A stretch of 64,000 bases of DNA, taken from assembly GCA_016777965.1 (NCBI GenBank), contig JADHQL010000003.1, positions 5,596 through 69,595 of the forward strand, written 5' to 3'. The stretch's first letter is position 1; each line of letters starts with the position of its first letter. The notes below the pieces were generated by a model. It was not told where the DNA came from and made no database searches. It was given only the letters and a program-made list of their open reading frames with translations. This DNA is from Fidelibacterota bacterium. Lineage in GTDB: Bacteria > Fidelibacterota > Marinisomatia > Marinisomatales > Marinisomataceae. A program made the position numbers and the translations under genes. Below, piece by piece: positions 1 through 10,439 of the stretch.

Positions 1-424
1 AGTATCAAGCAACGAAAAAGATCTTCTAAATGCTCTTGAAAAATCAGGCAACATTCATAAAGAAAAGCAGTTGTGGGAATTAAATTATGCAATATGCGAT
101 AGAAGAGTTGATGCAATTTTCGAAAATGGTTTATCAATCATGAAACAATACGGTCTTTCATATGTGATTAATTCTATGTTCACTTTATTAGAGGCAATTT
201 TTATTACCAAAAAAAACAATGGAACTTTAATTGAATCATCAAGTAGAAGTATTAGAGGGAATTTATTAAAAAGAATAAGCCCAGCAACAAATAACTATTC
301 ACTTGATGAGCTGGAGCATGCGATTAATATTTTTGCTCAAACTGACATTAAATTAAAAACACAAAAAATAATTGATGAGACAGAATTTACAAACATTATC
401 AACGGAGCTTTCCGACATGAATGA
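1..424 (+). CDS. holA: DNA polymerase III delta subunit, C-terminal part (truncated by window edge)
   Basis: Frame open from position 2; C-terminal helical pattern (LWELNYAI...YSLDELEHAINIFAQTDIKLKT) resembles HolA C-terminus. Confidence 0.6.
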   Translation, partial: VSSNEKDLLNALEKSGNIHKEKQLWELNYAICDRRVDAIFENGLSIMKQYGLSYVINSMFTLLEAIFITKKNNGTLIESSSRSIRGNLLKRISPATNNYSLDELEHAINIFAQTDIKLKTQKIIDETEFTNIINGAFRHE

Positions 425-986
425 TAAATTTAAATATTCTGATGAAAAGTTAATTTTAAGATTTCAAGAAGGAGATATTAACGCCTATAACGAGCTTGTT
501 AAAAGATACAAAGATAGACTATTAAACTTTGCATTAAGATATTTCAATAATGTTGAGCAGGCAGAAGATGTAGTGCAAGATACATTAATTAAATTATACA
601 CTCATGCAAGCTATTATAAGAAAGTTGCAAAATTTTCAACTTGGATTTTTACAATCGCCAAAAATAATGCGTTAACCGAATTAAGAAAAAATAAAAGGAA
701 GAAGACCGATTCCTTATGGACTGATGATGGACAGGTTATCGATATTAATTCTAAAGAAGAATCTTTGGATTCTAAAGTCCAAAATGAAATTGCAATTGAT
801 CAATTAAACAAATTTTTAGATGAGATTCCCGAAAATTTTAGAATGGCTGTAGTCTTAAGAGATTTTCAGGAACTTTCTTATGAAGAAATAAGTAAAATAC
901 TGGAAATACCGATTGGTACGATCAAATCTAGAATAAATAGAGGTCGTATTCAGTTGGCTGAAAAAATGAAACATTTTAAGGAGTAG
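417..986 (+). CDS. ECF sigma-70 factor (SigW/RpoE-like)
   Basis: Region 2 (AEDVVQDTLIK, FSTWIFTIAKN) and region 4 (LSYEEISKILEIPIGTIKSRINRGR); start reset to ATG 417 overlapping upstream stop. Confidence 0.93.
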   Translation: MNDKFKYSDEKLILRFQEGDINAYNELVKRYKDRLLNFALRYFNNVEQAEDVVQDTLIKLYTHASYYKKVAKFSTWIFTIAKNNALTELRKNKRKKTDSLWTDDGQVIDINSKEESLDSKVQNEIAIDQLNKFLDEIPENFRMAVVLRDFQELSYEEISKILEIPIGTIKSRINRGRIQLAEKMKHFKE

Positions 987-988
987 TT

Positions 989-1456
989 ATGGATTATAAT
1001 ACATTTGAGGATAGAATATCTGATTGGATTGAAAATTCAATGGATATTAAAGAACGCAAGGAGTTTGAAAAATATCTTGCTGAAAATCCTGAACATAAGA
1101 AAAAAGTTGATGATGTTCGAAATGCAATGAATATTATGAAAACTGCTCCTTCTTTAAAAACTTCCGATAGTTTCGATAAAAAACTTCAAGATCGTATTAA
1201 TACATTAAATGATAATCAAAATGTTAGTAGTGGAATTATGGGATTCTCAAGACAAAATTTTGTGTATCTTACCCTGTCTGTACTTTGTATTTTCATGCTC
1301 TCAGCTTATTTAATTCAACCTTCTCAATCAAACTATTTTATAGCGGATGAAGAATCAGTAACGCAAGAAAATATATCTGAAGAAGAGGATACTGAAATTA
1401 AAGATGTTGAGCTGTTAAATGATGTTAATGGATCATTTGTAAGCGATAAAGATTAA
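989..1456 (+). CDS. putative anti-sigma factor (degenerate zf-HC2-like N-terminus, one TM helix)
   Basis: Directly after ECF sigma; ISDWIENSM..ERKEFEKYL pattern, central hydrophobic helix, acidic C-terminus. Confidence 0.75.
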   Translation: MDYNTFEDRISDWIENSMDIKERKEFEKYLAENPEHKKKVDDVRNAMNIMKTAPSLKTSDSFDKKLQDRINTLNDNQNVSSGIMGFSRQNFVYLTLSVLCIFMLSAYLIQPSQSNYFIADEESVTQENISEEEDTEIKDVELLNDVNGSFVSDKD

Positions 1457-1467
1457 TTTTCATAGAA

Positions 1468-1496
1468 TTGTAAATATCCAATCTCGGATGTAATTT
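1468..1496 (+). promoter_or_regulatory. putative sigma70 promoter TTGTAA-17-TAATTT
   Basis: -35/-10-like hexamers with 17-nt spacer, 8 nt before ATG 1505. Confidence 0.5.
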
Positions 1497-1504
1497 GCAT
1501 AGTT

Positions 1505-3115
1505 ATGAAAATGAAATACTTAATAATTACAATTTCCACAATTTTTTTAGCAAATTGCGCTTCAACATCTTTAGAATTACCCAAATCATACACTGAAGAA
1601 TCTATAAAAGAAGAAAAAACTATAGAGTCAATTGATCCTTTCGGTGGTGTTCAATTTTTCATGGACGGAATGATGTTTTTTGAACAGGGTGATTATGCAA
1701 GAGCAATTTTAGAGTTTCAGGACGCTATTGATGCTGGTTCAAATTCTGCAGAAGTCTTATTTAATATGTCTGAAGCATACTGGATGTTGCAAAAGTTTGA
1801 AAAAAGTATTGTATTTGCCAATCAGGCAATTGCAATGGATGAAAATGCATTAGATTATAAGATTTCATTAGGAAAAAAGTTTATTGCCTTAAATGATTAT
1901 GAATCTTCTTTATTGATTTTTAATCAAATCATTGAAAGTGATCCTAATAATGCTGATGTGCTGTTCATCATTGGAGACTTAAAAGCTGAGTTAAATGATG
2001 TTGATGGAGCATTGCTTTACTATCAAGAAGCCTATAACAAGAATAATGACTTAATTTTGGCTTTGGAGGTTGCAGCAGAATTAGCATATAATTCAAATCA
2101 TAGAGACTTATCAAAGATATTTAAAAAACTCCTTTTAGCAGATCCTTCTAATTCAGAATATATGAGAGGTTATCTTGAATCAAATGATGGTGGAAATATT
2201 GAAGAGTTGCTTGAGCTATTAAATCTAGACTCTATTAAAGCAAACCCATTTTATAATAATCTATACAATCAAATAGCACTAGAATATTTAAGAATTGGAA
2301 AATTAGATTCTGCAGAAGAATTTTTGCAAAAATCTTTATCAAAAAAGGATAATGATAGGTTTGCGTTGTATTACTTGTCATTGGTATACAGAGATATTGG
2401 TAGAAATGACTTAGCATTAGAAGTATCAAAAAAGCATACTTCTTATTATCCTAATGATAAGGAAGGATATATTAATTCATCTATTTCATTAATAAGTTTA
2501 CAAAATTTCTCTGAAGCAATTGATGAACTTAATATAGCGGTATCAATATTTCCGAACGACTTTGAAGTAAATTATTTTTTGGGATTGGCAAATTATTCAG
2601 CAAGAAATTTTAATGAAGCAGAACAATTCTACAGTAAGTCATTATTAATTGATCAAAAATCTGTAGCAGCCATGCATGGCTTAGCAATGACATATGATAA
2701 AATTAAAAAATGGGATAAATCTGACGAGTTGTACACAAAATTAATTGCTTTGAATGACAGAGATGCACAAGCGTATAATAATTTTGCTTATAGCCTAGTT
2801 GAAAGAGATGAAGATTTAGAATATGCTTTGACTCTTGCTGAAAAAGCTATACAAATAAGCCCAGATGTATCAGCTTACTTAGATACAATCGGATGGATTT
2901 ATTACAAATTATCTGAATTTGAAAAAGCGAAAGATTTTATTGCTCAAGCATTAATATATGATGATTCAAGTGCAGTAATTCTTGAGCACTATGGAGATGT
3001 ATTAATTAGTGTAGAAGAAAAAGATGAAGCACTTATTTTTTATAATAAAGCATTGTTGTTAGATGAAGATAACGAACAGCTACAAACAAAGATTTCTTCA
3101 TATGAATCTCAATAA
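1505..3115 (+). CDS. tetratricopeptide-repeat lipoprotein
   Basis: Lipobox-like FLANC; many TPR repeats; AYNNFAYSL...YLDTIGWIYY...EHYGDVL C-terminal TPR motif. Confidence 0.88.
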   Translation: MKMKYLIITISTIFLANCASTSLELPKSYTEESIKEEKTIESIDPFGGVQFFMDGMMFFEQGDYARAILEFQDAIDAGSNSAEVLFNMSEAYWMLQKFEKSIVFANQAIAMDENALDYKISLGKKFIALNDYESSLLIFNQIIESDPNNADVLFIIGDLKAELNDVDGALLYYQEAYNKNNDLILALEVAAELAYNSNHRDLSKIFKKLLLADPSNSEYMRGYLESNDGGNIEELLELLNLDSIKANPFYNNLYNQIALEYLRIGKLDSAEEFLQKSLSKKDNDRFALYYLSLVYRDIGRNDLALEVSKKHTSYYPNDKEGYINSSISLISLQNFSEAIDELNIAVSIFPNDFEVNYFLGLANYSARNFNEAEQFYSKSLLIDQKSVAAMHGLAMTYDKIKKWDKSDELYTKLIALNDRDAQAYNNFAYSLVERDEDLEYALTLAEKAIQISPDVSAYLDTIGWIYYKLSEFEKAKDFIAQALIYDDSSAVILEHYGDVLISVEEKDEALIFYNKALLLDEDNEQLQTKISSYESQ

Positions 3116-3662
3116 AAAAATCATAATTGTCCTATTTGCAGTTATTTTTTCCTCATGCTCCAGCAATAATAACATTCAAGTAATAGATTCTGAAAATATT
3201 AAAATTGAAGAATTAGAAAAAAATTTTAATAGAGTTATTGGTAATGGTGTTTTACAAGGAAAAGGAAAATCAAATTTTTCTTCACCATTTATTTTCGAAT
3301 CTTCAGGAAATAATTCAATTATCGTTTTCAAAGATTTTTTGGGAAGAAGACAGTATATGATTGAAGTAAATAATGATTCAATTAGATATTTAAATGTCCG
3401 CAAGAAAGTTGAAATCTCCCAAGAGGAGTTTAATAGATTTTTTCCTTTATCAAATCAATTGAATTCAAATTTCTACAAAAGTATTCTTTGGGGAGATACT
3501 GAAGCTTTAAATAAAATAGATATTCAATTGAGAAATTCATACGTCATTACAACTAAGTTGATTTTAATTGATGGTAGTAATTATTTGAACGAGATTGTAT
3601 TTTTACTTAATAATGATAAACAGAACTATACATTAAAATTTAATAGAAGAAATTTTGAATAA
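3102..3662 (+). CDS. hypothetical lipoprotein (possibly LolB/DUF4292-like)
   Basis: Lipobox FSSC; beta-rich; FKDFLG resembles the LolB/DUF4292 '.PLG' turn; follows TPR gene; start reset to ATG 3102. Confidence 0.5.
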   Translation: MNLNKKIIIVLFAVIFSSCSSNNNIQVIDSENIKIEELEKNFNRVIGNGVLQGKGKSNFSSPFIFESSGNNSIIVFKDFLGRRQYMIEVNNDSIRYLNVRKKVEISQEEFNRFFPLSNQLNSNFYKSILWGDTEALNKIDIQLRNSYVITTKLILIDGSNYLNEIVFLLNNDKQNYTLKFNRRNFE

Positions 3663-4585
3663 TGAAAAGCTTATCTATACTTATACCAATATATAATGAG
3701 GAGGAATCTCTTCAAGCATTATTTGACGAGTTGAAATCCAGTTTTGAGAATAATCAATCAATTGAAATTATTTTTATTAATGATGGTTCGTCAGATATGT
3801 CCCAAAAAGTGATTGAAAATGAAATCGCAAATCATTCTACATGGAAGCTCATAAACCTTTATAGAAACTATGGAAAGTCTGTAGCACTTCAATCTGGCAT
3901 TGATATTGCTTCAAATGAATTAATAGCTACATTAGATGGTGATCTTCAAGATGATCCAAAAGAACTTATCAATCTTGTTCGTGAATTGAATGAAGATGAC
4001 GTAATTATAGGATGGAAGAAAGATAGATTAGATCCTTTAGAAAAAAAAATTGCATCAAAAATATTCAATTTTTTTATAAAACTTTTTAGTGGATTAAAAA
4101 TTAAAGATTCAAACTCCGGAATTAAGGTTTTAAAAAAAGAAGTGGCCAAGTCTTTAAATCTTTATGGAGGAAGACATAGGTATATTCCTTTATTAGCTCA
4201 TCAAAAAGGGTTTAATGTAAAGGAAATACCTGTAAATCATAGAGAGCGAAAATTTGGGAAATCAAAATATGGAGCTGAAAGATATAAACATGGTTTTTTT
4301 GATTTTATGACAATCTTATTTCTTGGAAAGTATATGGACAGACCCTTGCATTTTTTTGGAATGGTTGGATTTTTATCAATATTATTTGGGTTAATAGCAG
4401 AGATATATGTTCTTTATTGTAAGTATGTTTTGCTCCACTCTTTTCAACAGCACATAGCTATGATAATTTTTGGGAGCTTGTTAATAATTACTGGTGTGCA
4501 GTTATTTACCTTTGGATTAATTGGTGAAATAATTGTAAATAAAAATCATAAAACAAAAAATTTCATTAAAGAAGTAATTGAATAA
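3662..4585 (+). CDS. GT2 glycosyltransferase, DPM1/ArnC/GtrB-like polyprenyl-phosphate sugar synthase
   Basis: IPIYNEE, INDGSSD, RNYGKS, DGDLQDDP, two C-terminal TM helices. Confidence 0.9.
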   Translation: MKSLSILIPIYNEEESLQALFDELKSSFENNQSIEIIFINDGSSDMSQKVIENEIANHSTWKLINLYRNYGKSVALQSGIDIASNELIATLDGDLQDDPKELINLVRELNEDDVIIGWKKDRLDPLEKKIASKIFNFFIKLFSGLKIKDSNSGIKVLKKEVAKSLNLYGGRHRYIPLLAHQKGFNVKEIPVNHRERKFGKSKYGAERYKHGFFDFMTILFLGKYMDRPLHFFGMVGFLSILFGLIAEIYVLYCKYVLLHSFQQHIAMIIFGSLLIITGVQLFTFGLIGEIIVNKNHKTKNFIKEVIE

Positions 4586-5693
4586 TAATTTAAAAATTGT
4601 TTCTATTGGTCCTTATTCACCTTTTAGGGGTGGTATTTCAGATTTTAATCATCATTTAGTTACTCAATTAAAAAATAGTCATGATGTAACCATTTTAAAT
4701 TTCAAAAAATTATATCCTAAAATTTTTTTTCCAGGCAAGTCACAATATAAAAACAATGTATCAAATAATAATTCATCGTTAAGAATTTTAAATCCATTAA
4801 ATATTTTTTCTTGGAGAAAATCAATTAAGAAAATCAATGAATTAAATACAGATATCGTCATTTTTTCTTATTGGCACCCCTTTTTTTCCATTATGTATTC
4901 ATATATTGCTAAAAGAATAAATACAAAAAAAATCTACTTCTTAATTCATAATGCTAAATCTCATCAAAATTTTCCATTTCAAAACTTTTTTCTAAAAAAA
5001 ATGCTCAAAGAAGGAACTCATCTAGTAGTTATGAATCAAAATGAAATGAAAAGAATAGAAAGATATAATTTAGAAGCTAAAATAATTAACTCATTTCATC
5101 CAATATATGAAATTGATTACAATATTGATGATCGAGAAAGATTTAAAAATAATCTTGGGTTAAAATCTGACCCAACTATACTATTTTTTGGTCTAATTAG
5201 ACCTTATAAAGGTTTAGATATATTAATTAATGCCGTAAATCGCCTTAAAATAAAAATACCAAATTTAAAAGTCTTTATAGTTGGTGAGCCGTATACTGAT
5301 TTGAGTAGTTATTTGAATAAAATTAAAGAGTATGGTCTTGAAAGTTCATTTATAATTCATACTAAATTTGTTAGCAAGGAAGATCTAAGCAAATATTTCC
5401 TTAGCTCAGACTTAATCGTTCTTCCATATAAGAAAGCAACACAAAGTGGAATCCTATCGCTTTCTATGAACTTTAATTTGCCTGCTATTGTATCATCTAA
5501 AGGAGGACTTAAAGATTATATTGTTGAAAAAGAAACTGGATATATTGTAGATCCAAATGAAGATCAAGTTGCTTTATCAATTTATTCTTTTTTTAATAAT
5601 AATATGTATGATATAATGACTAAAAATATATCTAACCATAAAAAGAATTTTTCTTGGGAAGAATTTGAAAGAACATTACGGCTTTATGATTGA
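4578..5693 (+). CDS. GT4 family glycosyltransferase
   Basis: PFRGGIS, LFFGLIRPYKGLD, LPYKKATQSG motifs. Confidence 0.9.
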   Translation: MNNNLKIVSIGPYSPFRGGISDFNHHLVTQLKNSHDVTILNFKKLYPKIFFPGKSQYKNNVSNNNSSLRILNPLNIFSWRKSIKKINELNTDIVIFSYWHPFFSIMYSYIAKRINTKKIYFLIHNAKSHQNFPFQNFFLKKMLKEGTHLVVMNQNEMKRIERYNLEAKIINSFHPIYEIDYNIDDRERFKNNLGLKSDPTILFFGLIRPYKGLDILINAVNRLKIKIPNLKVFIVGEPYTDLSSYLNKIKEYGLESSFIIHTKFVSKEDLSKYFLSSDLIVLPYKKATQSGILSLSMNFNLPAIVSSKGGLKDYIVEKETGYIVDPNEDQVALSIYSFFNNNMYDIMTKNISNHKKNFSWEEFERTLRLYD

Positions 5694-6534
5694 AAATTCA
5701 GAATCCTATAAAGTTCACATTTTTATTCTAACGTGGAACAATAATAAAATTTTAAAAAGATGTTTAGAATCAATTGAAAATGTTGATCATAAAAATTTTA
5801 CCATTTCTGTAATTGATAATAATTCATCAGATGATTCACTAAGAATGATTTCTGAAAATTTTCCGAATGTTCAAACGATAAAAAATAGTAAAAACTTTAA
5901 ATTTGGTAGAGGATATAACGAAGGTTTAAAGAAAATTAATGTTGAAGATAATGATTTTATCATCCTTTTAAACGACGATACAATTGTTAGCAGAAATTTT
6001 ATTAACGAATTAATTAATCCTTTAGTGAAAGATCAAAAAGCAATTATTTCAACACCAAAGATATTATACTCATCAAATATAAATAAAATTTGGTACGCCG
6101 GAGGGGTTGTAGATTTATGGAGAGGTTTAATTTATCATATTGGAATAAGAGATTTCGATGGACCAAAATATTCATTCATGAATGAAACACATTATGCTAC
6201 TGGTTGTTGTATGTGCTTGAGATTTGAAGATTTAAAAAAACTTAATTTTTTTGACGAAACATTTGATATGTACTGTGAAGATGTTGATTTATCATTAAAA
6301 GCTCGTCAATTAAATAGAAATATAATTTATGCTCCAAAATCTGTAATTCTCCATAATGTTTCTCAGTCTTTAGGTGAACATTCTTCAGAGAAAAATTTTA
6401 TGAAGATAAAAAATCAATTTAAACTCTTTTGGAAACATGCGACGGGAATCCAATTAATTTCTATATCTTTTTATTGGATATTATTTCATTTACCATTTCA
6501 ATTTATAAGATGGTTATATTTAAGAAATAAATGA
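5686..6534 (+). CDS. GT2 family glycosyltransferase
   Basis: ILTWN, IDNNSSD, LLNDDT, GCCM, EDVDLS; start reset to ATG 5686. Confidence 0.9.
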   Translation: MIENSESYKVHIFILTWNNNKILKRCLESIENVDHKNFTISVIDNNSSDDSLRMISENFPNVQTIKNSKNFKFGRGYNEGLKKINVEDNDFIILLNDDTIVSRNFINELINPLVKDQKAIISTPKILYSSNINKIWYAGGVVDLWRGLIYHIGIRDFDGPKYSFMNETHYATGCCMCLRFEDLKKLNFFDETFDMYCEDVDLSLKARQLNRNIIYAPKSVILHNVSQSLGEHSSEKNFMKIKNQFKLFWKHATGIQLISISFYWILFHLPFQFIRWLYLRNK

Positions 6535-8042
6535 GCAGCAAACCATCCAACCAGAAAACAATTCTAAGTGAAGCTTTTATTTCATTATCTGGAATGACAT
6601 TAGGTTCAGTTTTCAGATATATTTTTTCAATAGTAATGGCAAGATTTCTTGGCGCACAGATGTTAGGTATTTATTCTTTAGGAAATGCTGTTACAAGAAT
6701 TGCAGAAATATTTGCATTAATGGGACTTGATAATGGTGTTTTAAGGTTTGTAAGTAGGGATACCGAAAATTCACAGAATGTTAATAATTCTATTTATTCA
6801 TCTTTAAAAGCTGGACTATTATCTAGTATTATAATTTCTATTATTCTATTTTTATCTGCTGATTTCATTGTTAATAATATTTTGAATGAAGAAAAATTTT
6901 TAATAACAGTAATAAAAGTATTTGCGATAAGCCTTCCTTTTTCCGTTTTAACTCTAATATCTTCTTTTGCTACTCAAGCATTTAAAATTTTAAAATATAA
7001 AATCTTTGTAAATCAAATTGTAAATCCTCTAACGCTCTTAATTGGATTTTTAGCATCATACTACTTGCTCGGGACAAAACTATCCATTTTGATACCAACA
7101 GTAACTTCTGCTGCTATTGGTTTAATCTTCATCGTAAAATTTTTGAGAAATTTTGCACAAATTAGTCTTAAGAATATTATTTATTCTAAAGTAGATGAAG
7201 AAATTTTAAGATTTTCTATACCATTAATGTTTGTTTCAGCGATTGGCATTATAATGCATTGGGTTGATATAATAATGTTAGGAGTTTTATCTAGTGCTAT
7301 TGATGTTGGAATGTATCATCCTATAGATCGAACTGCTGGATTAGTTAGAATGATTTTATTTGCTTTTGCTGGAATTTTTGCACCAATATTTTCAGAAAAT
7401 TATTTCAATAAAAATATTCCAGGAATGAAAGAATCTTATCAATCTTCCTCAAAATATATTTTAATGTTTTCTTTGCCAGTATTTGTATTTTTATTTGTTT
7501 TTGCAAGCCCAATGTTATTGCTATTTGGTTCAGAATTTGATAATGCTTTTGCGTTAAAGATTCTATTAACTGGAATTTTCATTCAAACAATTTTTGGTTT
7601 AGGTTCATCAACACTTTCTATGAGCGGAAATACTTCAATTAATTTAATTAATGTTTCAATCGCCCTGATTTTGAATATTTCATTGAATTATATTTTAATC
7701 CCTTTGTATGGTATAGTAGGCGCAGCTTTATCAACGGCGATATCTCTATTTATTCTGAGTATCTTAAGATTTATTGAAAATATAGTTTTAATGAAATTGA
7801 ATTTGTTTTCAATAAAGCTTATCAAGCCAATTGTATCTGGTATAATTACATTTTTAATCTGTTCTAATGCCAAAAATATTTTTTTAAACCTATTTAGTTT
7901 AGATAATATATTAAGTTTAATAGTTTACCTTCTAGTTCATTTTGCATTGGTTTTGTTTACTTATTTCCTTAATTATTTTTTAATGGGTTTTGATGAGGAG
8001 GATAAAGAACTAATTAACTCATTTAAAACAAAATTGATTTAA
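6531..8042 (+). CDS. Wzx-like polysaccharide flippase (MOP superfamily)
   Basis: About 14 TM helices; ARFLG..LGIYSL, DIIMLG, LIPLYGIVGAA motifs. Confidence 0.9.
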   Translation: MSSKPSNQKTILSEAFISLSGMTLGSVFRYIFSIVMARFLGAQMLGIYSLGNAVTRIAEIFALMGLDNGVLRFVSRDTENSQNVNNSIYSSLKAGLLSSIIISIILFLSADFIVNNILNEEKFLITVIKVFAISLPFSVLTLISSFATQAFKILKYKIFVNQIVNPLTLLIGFLASYYLLGTKLSILIPTVTSAAIGLIFIVKFLRNFAQISLKNIIYSKVDEEILRFSIPLMFVSAIGIIMHWVDIIMLGVLSSAIDVGMYHPIDRTAGLVRMILFAFAGIFAPIFSENYFNKNIPGMKESYQSSSKYILMFSLPVFVFLFVFASPMLLLFGSEFDNAFALKILLTGIFIQTIFGLGSSTLSMSGNTSINLINVSIALILNISLNYILIPLYGIVGAALSTAISLFILSILRFIENIVLMKLNLFSIKLIKPIVSGIITFLICSNAKNIFLNLFSLDNILSLIVYLLVHFALVLFTYFLNYFLMGFDEEDKELINSFKTKLI

Positions 8043-8043
8043 A

Positions 8044-10110
8044 ATGTATCTTTCTATCATAATTCTAATTTATTCTATTTTCGTTTTATTCTTTTTTAAC
8101 GATGTTATAATCTTTGGAAATACATTTGCCTCCGGTGACTCTTTTAATCCTTATGCCATACATCATATTCTTGATCAGATTAGATTGGCTTCATCAGAGT
8201 GGCCACAATGGCAACCATGGATTTTTTCTGGAATGCCAACCTTAGAAGCATTTACTTATGTCAATCTACTATATCTTCCAAGCTACTTTTTAGATTTGCT
8301 AGGGGTTTCAGACTTAAATATTCAATTTATTCATCTAGTTTTTTCTGCAGTAAGTATGTTTTATTTGGCTCAAAAGCTTATTCAAAATAAGAAAATTGCA
8401 TTTATTTCAGGATTGCTTTGGATGTTAAATCCTTTTTTAATCACTATGATTGTTTATGGGCATGGAAGTCAGATGATGACTGCCGCTTTTTTTCCAATTA
8501 CATTATTATTGCTTTTAAGATTGAAAGATGAACAATCAATTTTCAATATGCTTTTATTTGCTTTGTTTCTAGGCTTGCAATTACAGAGAGCGCATGTCCA
8601 AATAGCTTATTATAGTTGTATGTTGTTGGGATCTTTCTTTATTTATTCTTTTTATCAAAACAGAAATAGAAAATATGCTGCTTTATTCTTTTCAGGAATT
8701 ATTATTGCATTCTTAATTGCTTCACATATTTACTTACCATCCTTGGATTACCGTGAAATGTCGATTAGATCTAGTAATATGGGTAGTTTTGCTTATGCAA
8801 CAAATTGGTCTATGCACCCTAAAGAATTATTGACATACCTCATGCCTAATTTCTTTGGATTCGGAGGTTCAACTTATACAGGTTTTATGCCTTTTACTGA
8901 TTTCCCAAATTATGTTGGATTGCCCGTACTATTATTTGCTTTTTTGTCATGTAGAAAGTTAAACAGCATGAGATTATTTTTTTGGACGGTATTAGTAATT
9001 TCAATTTTACTATCTTTTGGAAAGTATTTCGAAATCTTTTACCAACTCTTCTATAATTATTTACCTTTTTTTAGCAGCTTTAGAGTTCCAAGCATGATTC
9101 TCATTGTATCAAATTTTTGCATGTATATTTTATGCGCTTATGGCTTAAAAGATACTCTTGAAATAATTAAGAATAAATTTCCTCAAATTCATACACAGAC
9201 CATTTTTTATATGTTTTTGATACTTTCCTTGTTTGATATATATAGGGTTGATAGTAGAATTATCAATCCAAGACAAGATTCAGGCCAACAAAATCAAATT
9301 ACAACTATTGAAAGCTTTGAGTCAGTTTTTAATGAGGACGAAACAATAATCTTTTTAAAAGAAAACCTCGGTTTAAATAGAATTTACCCTGCAGGTTCTT
9401 TGTTTACTGATCCAAAATTTAAATATCATGGTATTGAATCAGTTGGAGGATATCATCCAGCAAAATTTGGTCATTATACTGAATTGCTAAAGAACTCAAA
9501 TAACTTACTTTCAATACCAGTACTACAATTTTTAAATGTAAAATATTTTATTAGTCCTGTTGAAATTTCTCATCCTAAACTAATATTAGAAAAAGAGTCC
9601 GTTTTTCAATCAGTCAATGGAAAAAAGAAAGTTTATATTTATAATTTAGATCAAAGTAATCCAAGAGCTTGGTTTGTAAAAGATGTGATTAAAGAAGATC
9701 AAAATTTGTATAATTATCTGAACGCATCTGCATTTAATCCATCAAAAACTGCGATAGTAGATAAACTAGATGATTCAAGATATACAGTCGGTAAAATTCT
9801 TAATATTGATTGGGGCGCAGAAAAAATTATTATTGATTATGAAGCAAAAGAAGAAGGAATGTTAGTGCTAAGTGAAATTTATTATCCTGCTAGATGGAAA
9901 GCCTATATTGATGACTCTGAAGTAGAGGTTTTTAGAGCAAATAGTGTTTTGAGAGCAGTTGAAGTGAAAGCTGGAACAAATAAGATCATTTTTGAATATG
10001 ATAATGGTCTATTTAAAATTTTACATACAGTTTCAAATCTTATTGTGCTTTTCATGAGTTTTTATCTTTTTAAACCTAAAGTTATGGTCTTGTTAAAGAG
10101 CTTCAGGTAA
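8044..10110 (+). CDS. YfhO-family membrane protein (GT-C-like glycosyltransferase)
   Basis: WQPWIFSGMP N-terminal motif, many TMs, FRVP, C-terminal LSEIYYPARWKAYID..RAN..LRAV. Confidence 0.85.
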   Translation: MYLSIIILIYSIFVLFFFNDVIIFGNTFASGDSFNPYAIHHILDQIRLASSEWPQWQPWIFSGMPTLEAFTYVNLLYLPSYFLDLLGVSDLNIQFIHLVFSAVSMFYLAQKLIQNKKIAFISGLLWMLNPFLITMIVYGHGSQMMTAAFFPITLLLLLRLKDEQSIFNMLLFALFLGLQLQRAHVQIAYYSCMLLGSFFIYSFYQNRNRKYAALFFSGIIIAFLIASHIYLPSLDYREMSIRSSNMGSFAYATNWSMHPKELLTYLMPNFFGFGGSTYTGFMPFTDFPNYVGLPVLLFAFLSCRKLNSMRLFFWTVLVISILLSFGKYFEIFYQLFYNYLPFFSSFRVPSMILIVSNFCMYILCAYGLKDTLEIIKNKFPQIHTQTIFYMFLILSLFDIYRVDSRIINPRQDSGQQNQITTIESFESVFNEDETIIFLKENLGLNRIYPAGSLFTDPKFKYHGIESVGGYHPAKFGHYTELLKNSNNLLSIPVLQFLNVKYFISPVEISHPKLILEKESVFQSVNGKKKVYIYNLDQSNPRAWFVKDVIKEDQNLYNYLNASAFNPSKTAIVDKLDDSRYTVGKILNIDWGAEKIIIDYEAKEEGMLVLSEIYYPARWKAYIDDSEVEVFRANSVLRAVEVKAGTNKIIFEYDNGLFKILHTVSNLIVLFMSFYLFKPKVMVLLKSFR

Positions 10111-10118
10111 ACTAATTT
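10090..10118 (+). promoter_or_regulatory. putative promoter TTGTTA-17-TAATTT for yajC operon
   Basis: Hexamers with 17-nt spacer, 6 nt before ATG 10125. Confidence 0.4.
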
Positions 10119-10124
10119 TAGTCC

Positions 10125-10436
10125 ATGAATCAAAAAATAATAATAATGCAACAAAGCGAAGCATCTTTTCTAGATATTTTTCTTTCTCAATTACCAATCT
10201 TCCTAATTTTTTTAGTGATATACTATTTCATTCTTAGACCAAATTCTAAAAAACAAGAATCAGTAAAATTGATGCAAGAAAATTTAGCAAAAGGAGATAG
10301 AGTAGTGACTATTGGAGGAATTCATGGAAAAGTTGCTGCGTTAAAAAGTGAAACTGTAATTATAAAAATATCTAATGAAAATGAAATGACTATCGACAGA
10401 GTTGCAATTGCAAAAGTTAAAAATTCCTCAAAATAA
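10125..10436 (+). CDS. yajC: preprotein translocase subunit YajC
   Basis: YYFILRP, GDRVVTIGGIHG. Confidence 0.95.
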   Translation: MNQKIIIMQQSEASFLDIFLSQLPIFLIFLVIYYFILRPNSKKQESVKLMQENLAKGDRVVTIGGIHGKVAALKSETVIIKISNENEMTIDRVAIAKVKNSSK

Positions 10437-10439
10437 TTT

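Noticed and set aside
372-416. Upstream starts given in the ORF track (372, 3063, 5665)
   Set aside because: Long same-strand overlaps; downstream ATGs at 417, 3102 and 5686 give typical short overlaps with the preceding gene and sensible N-termini
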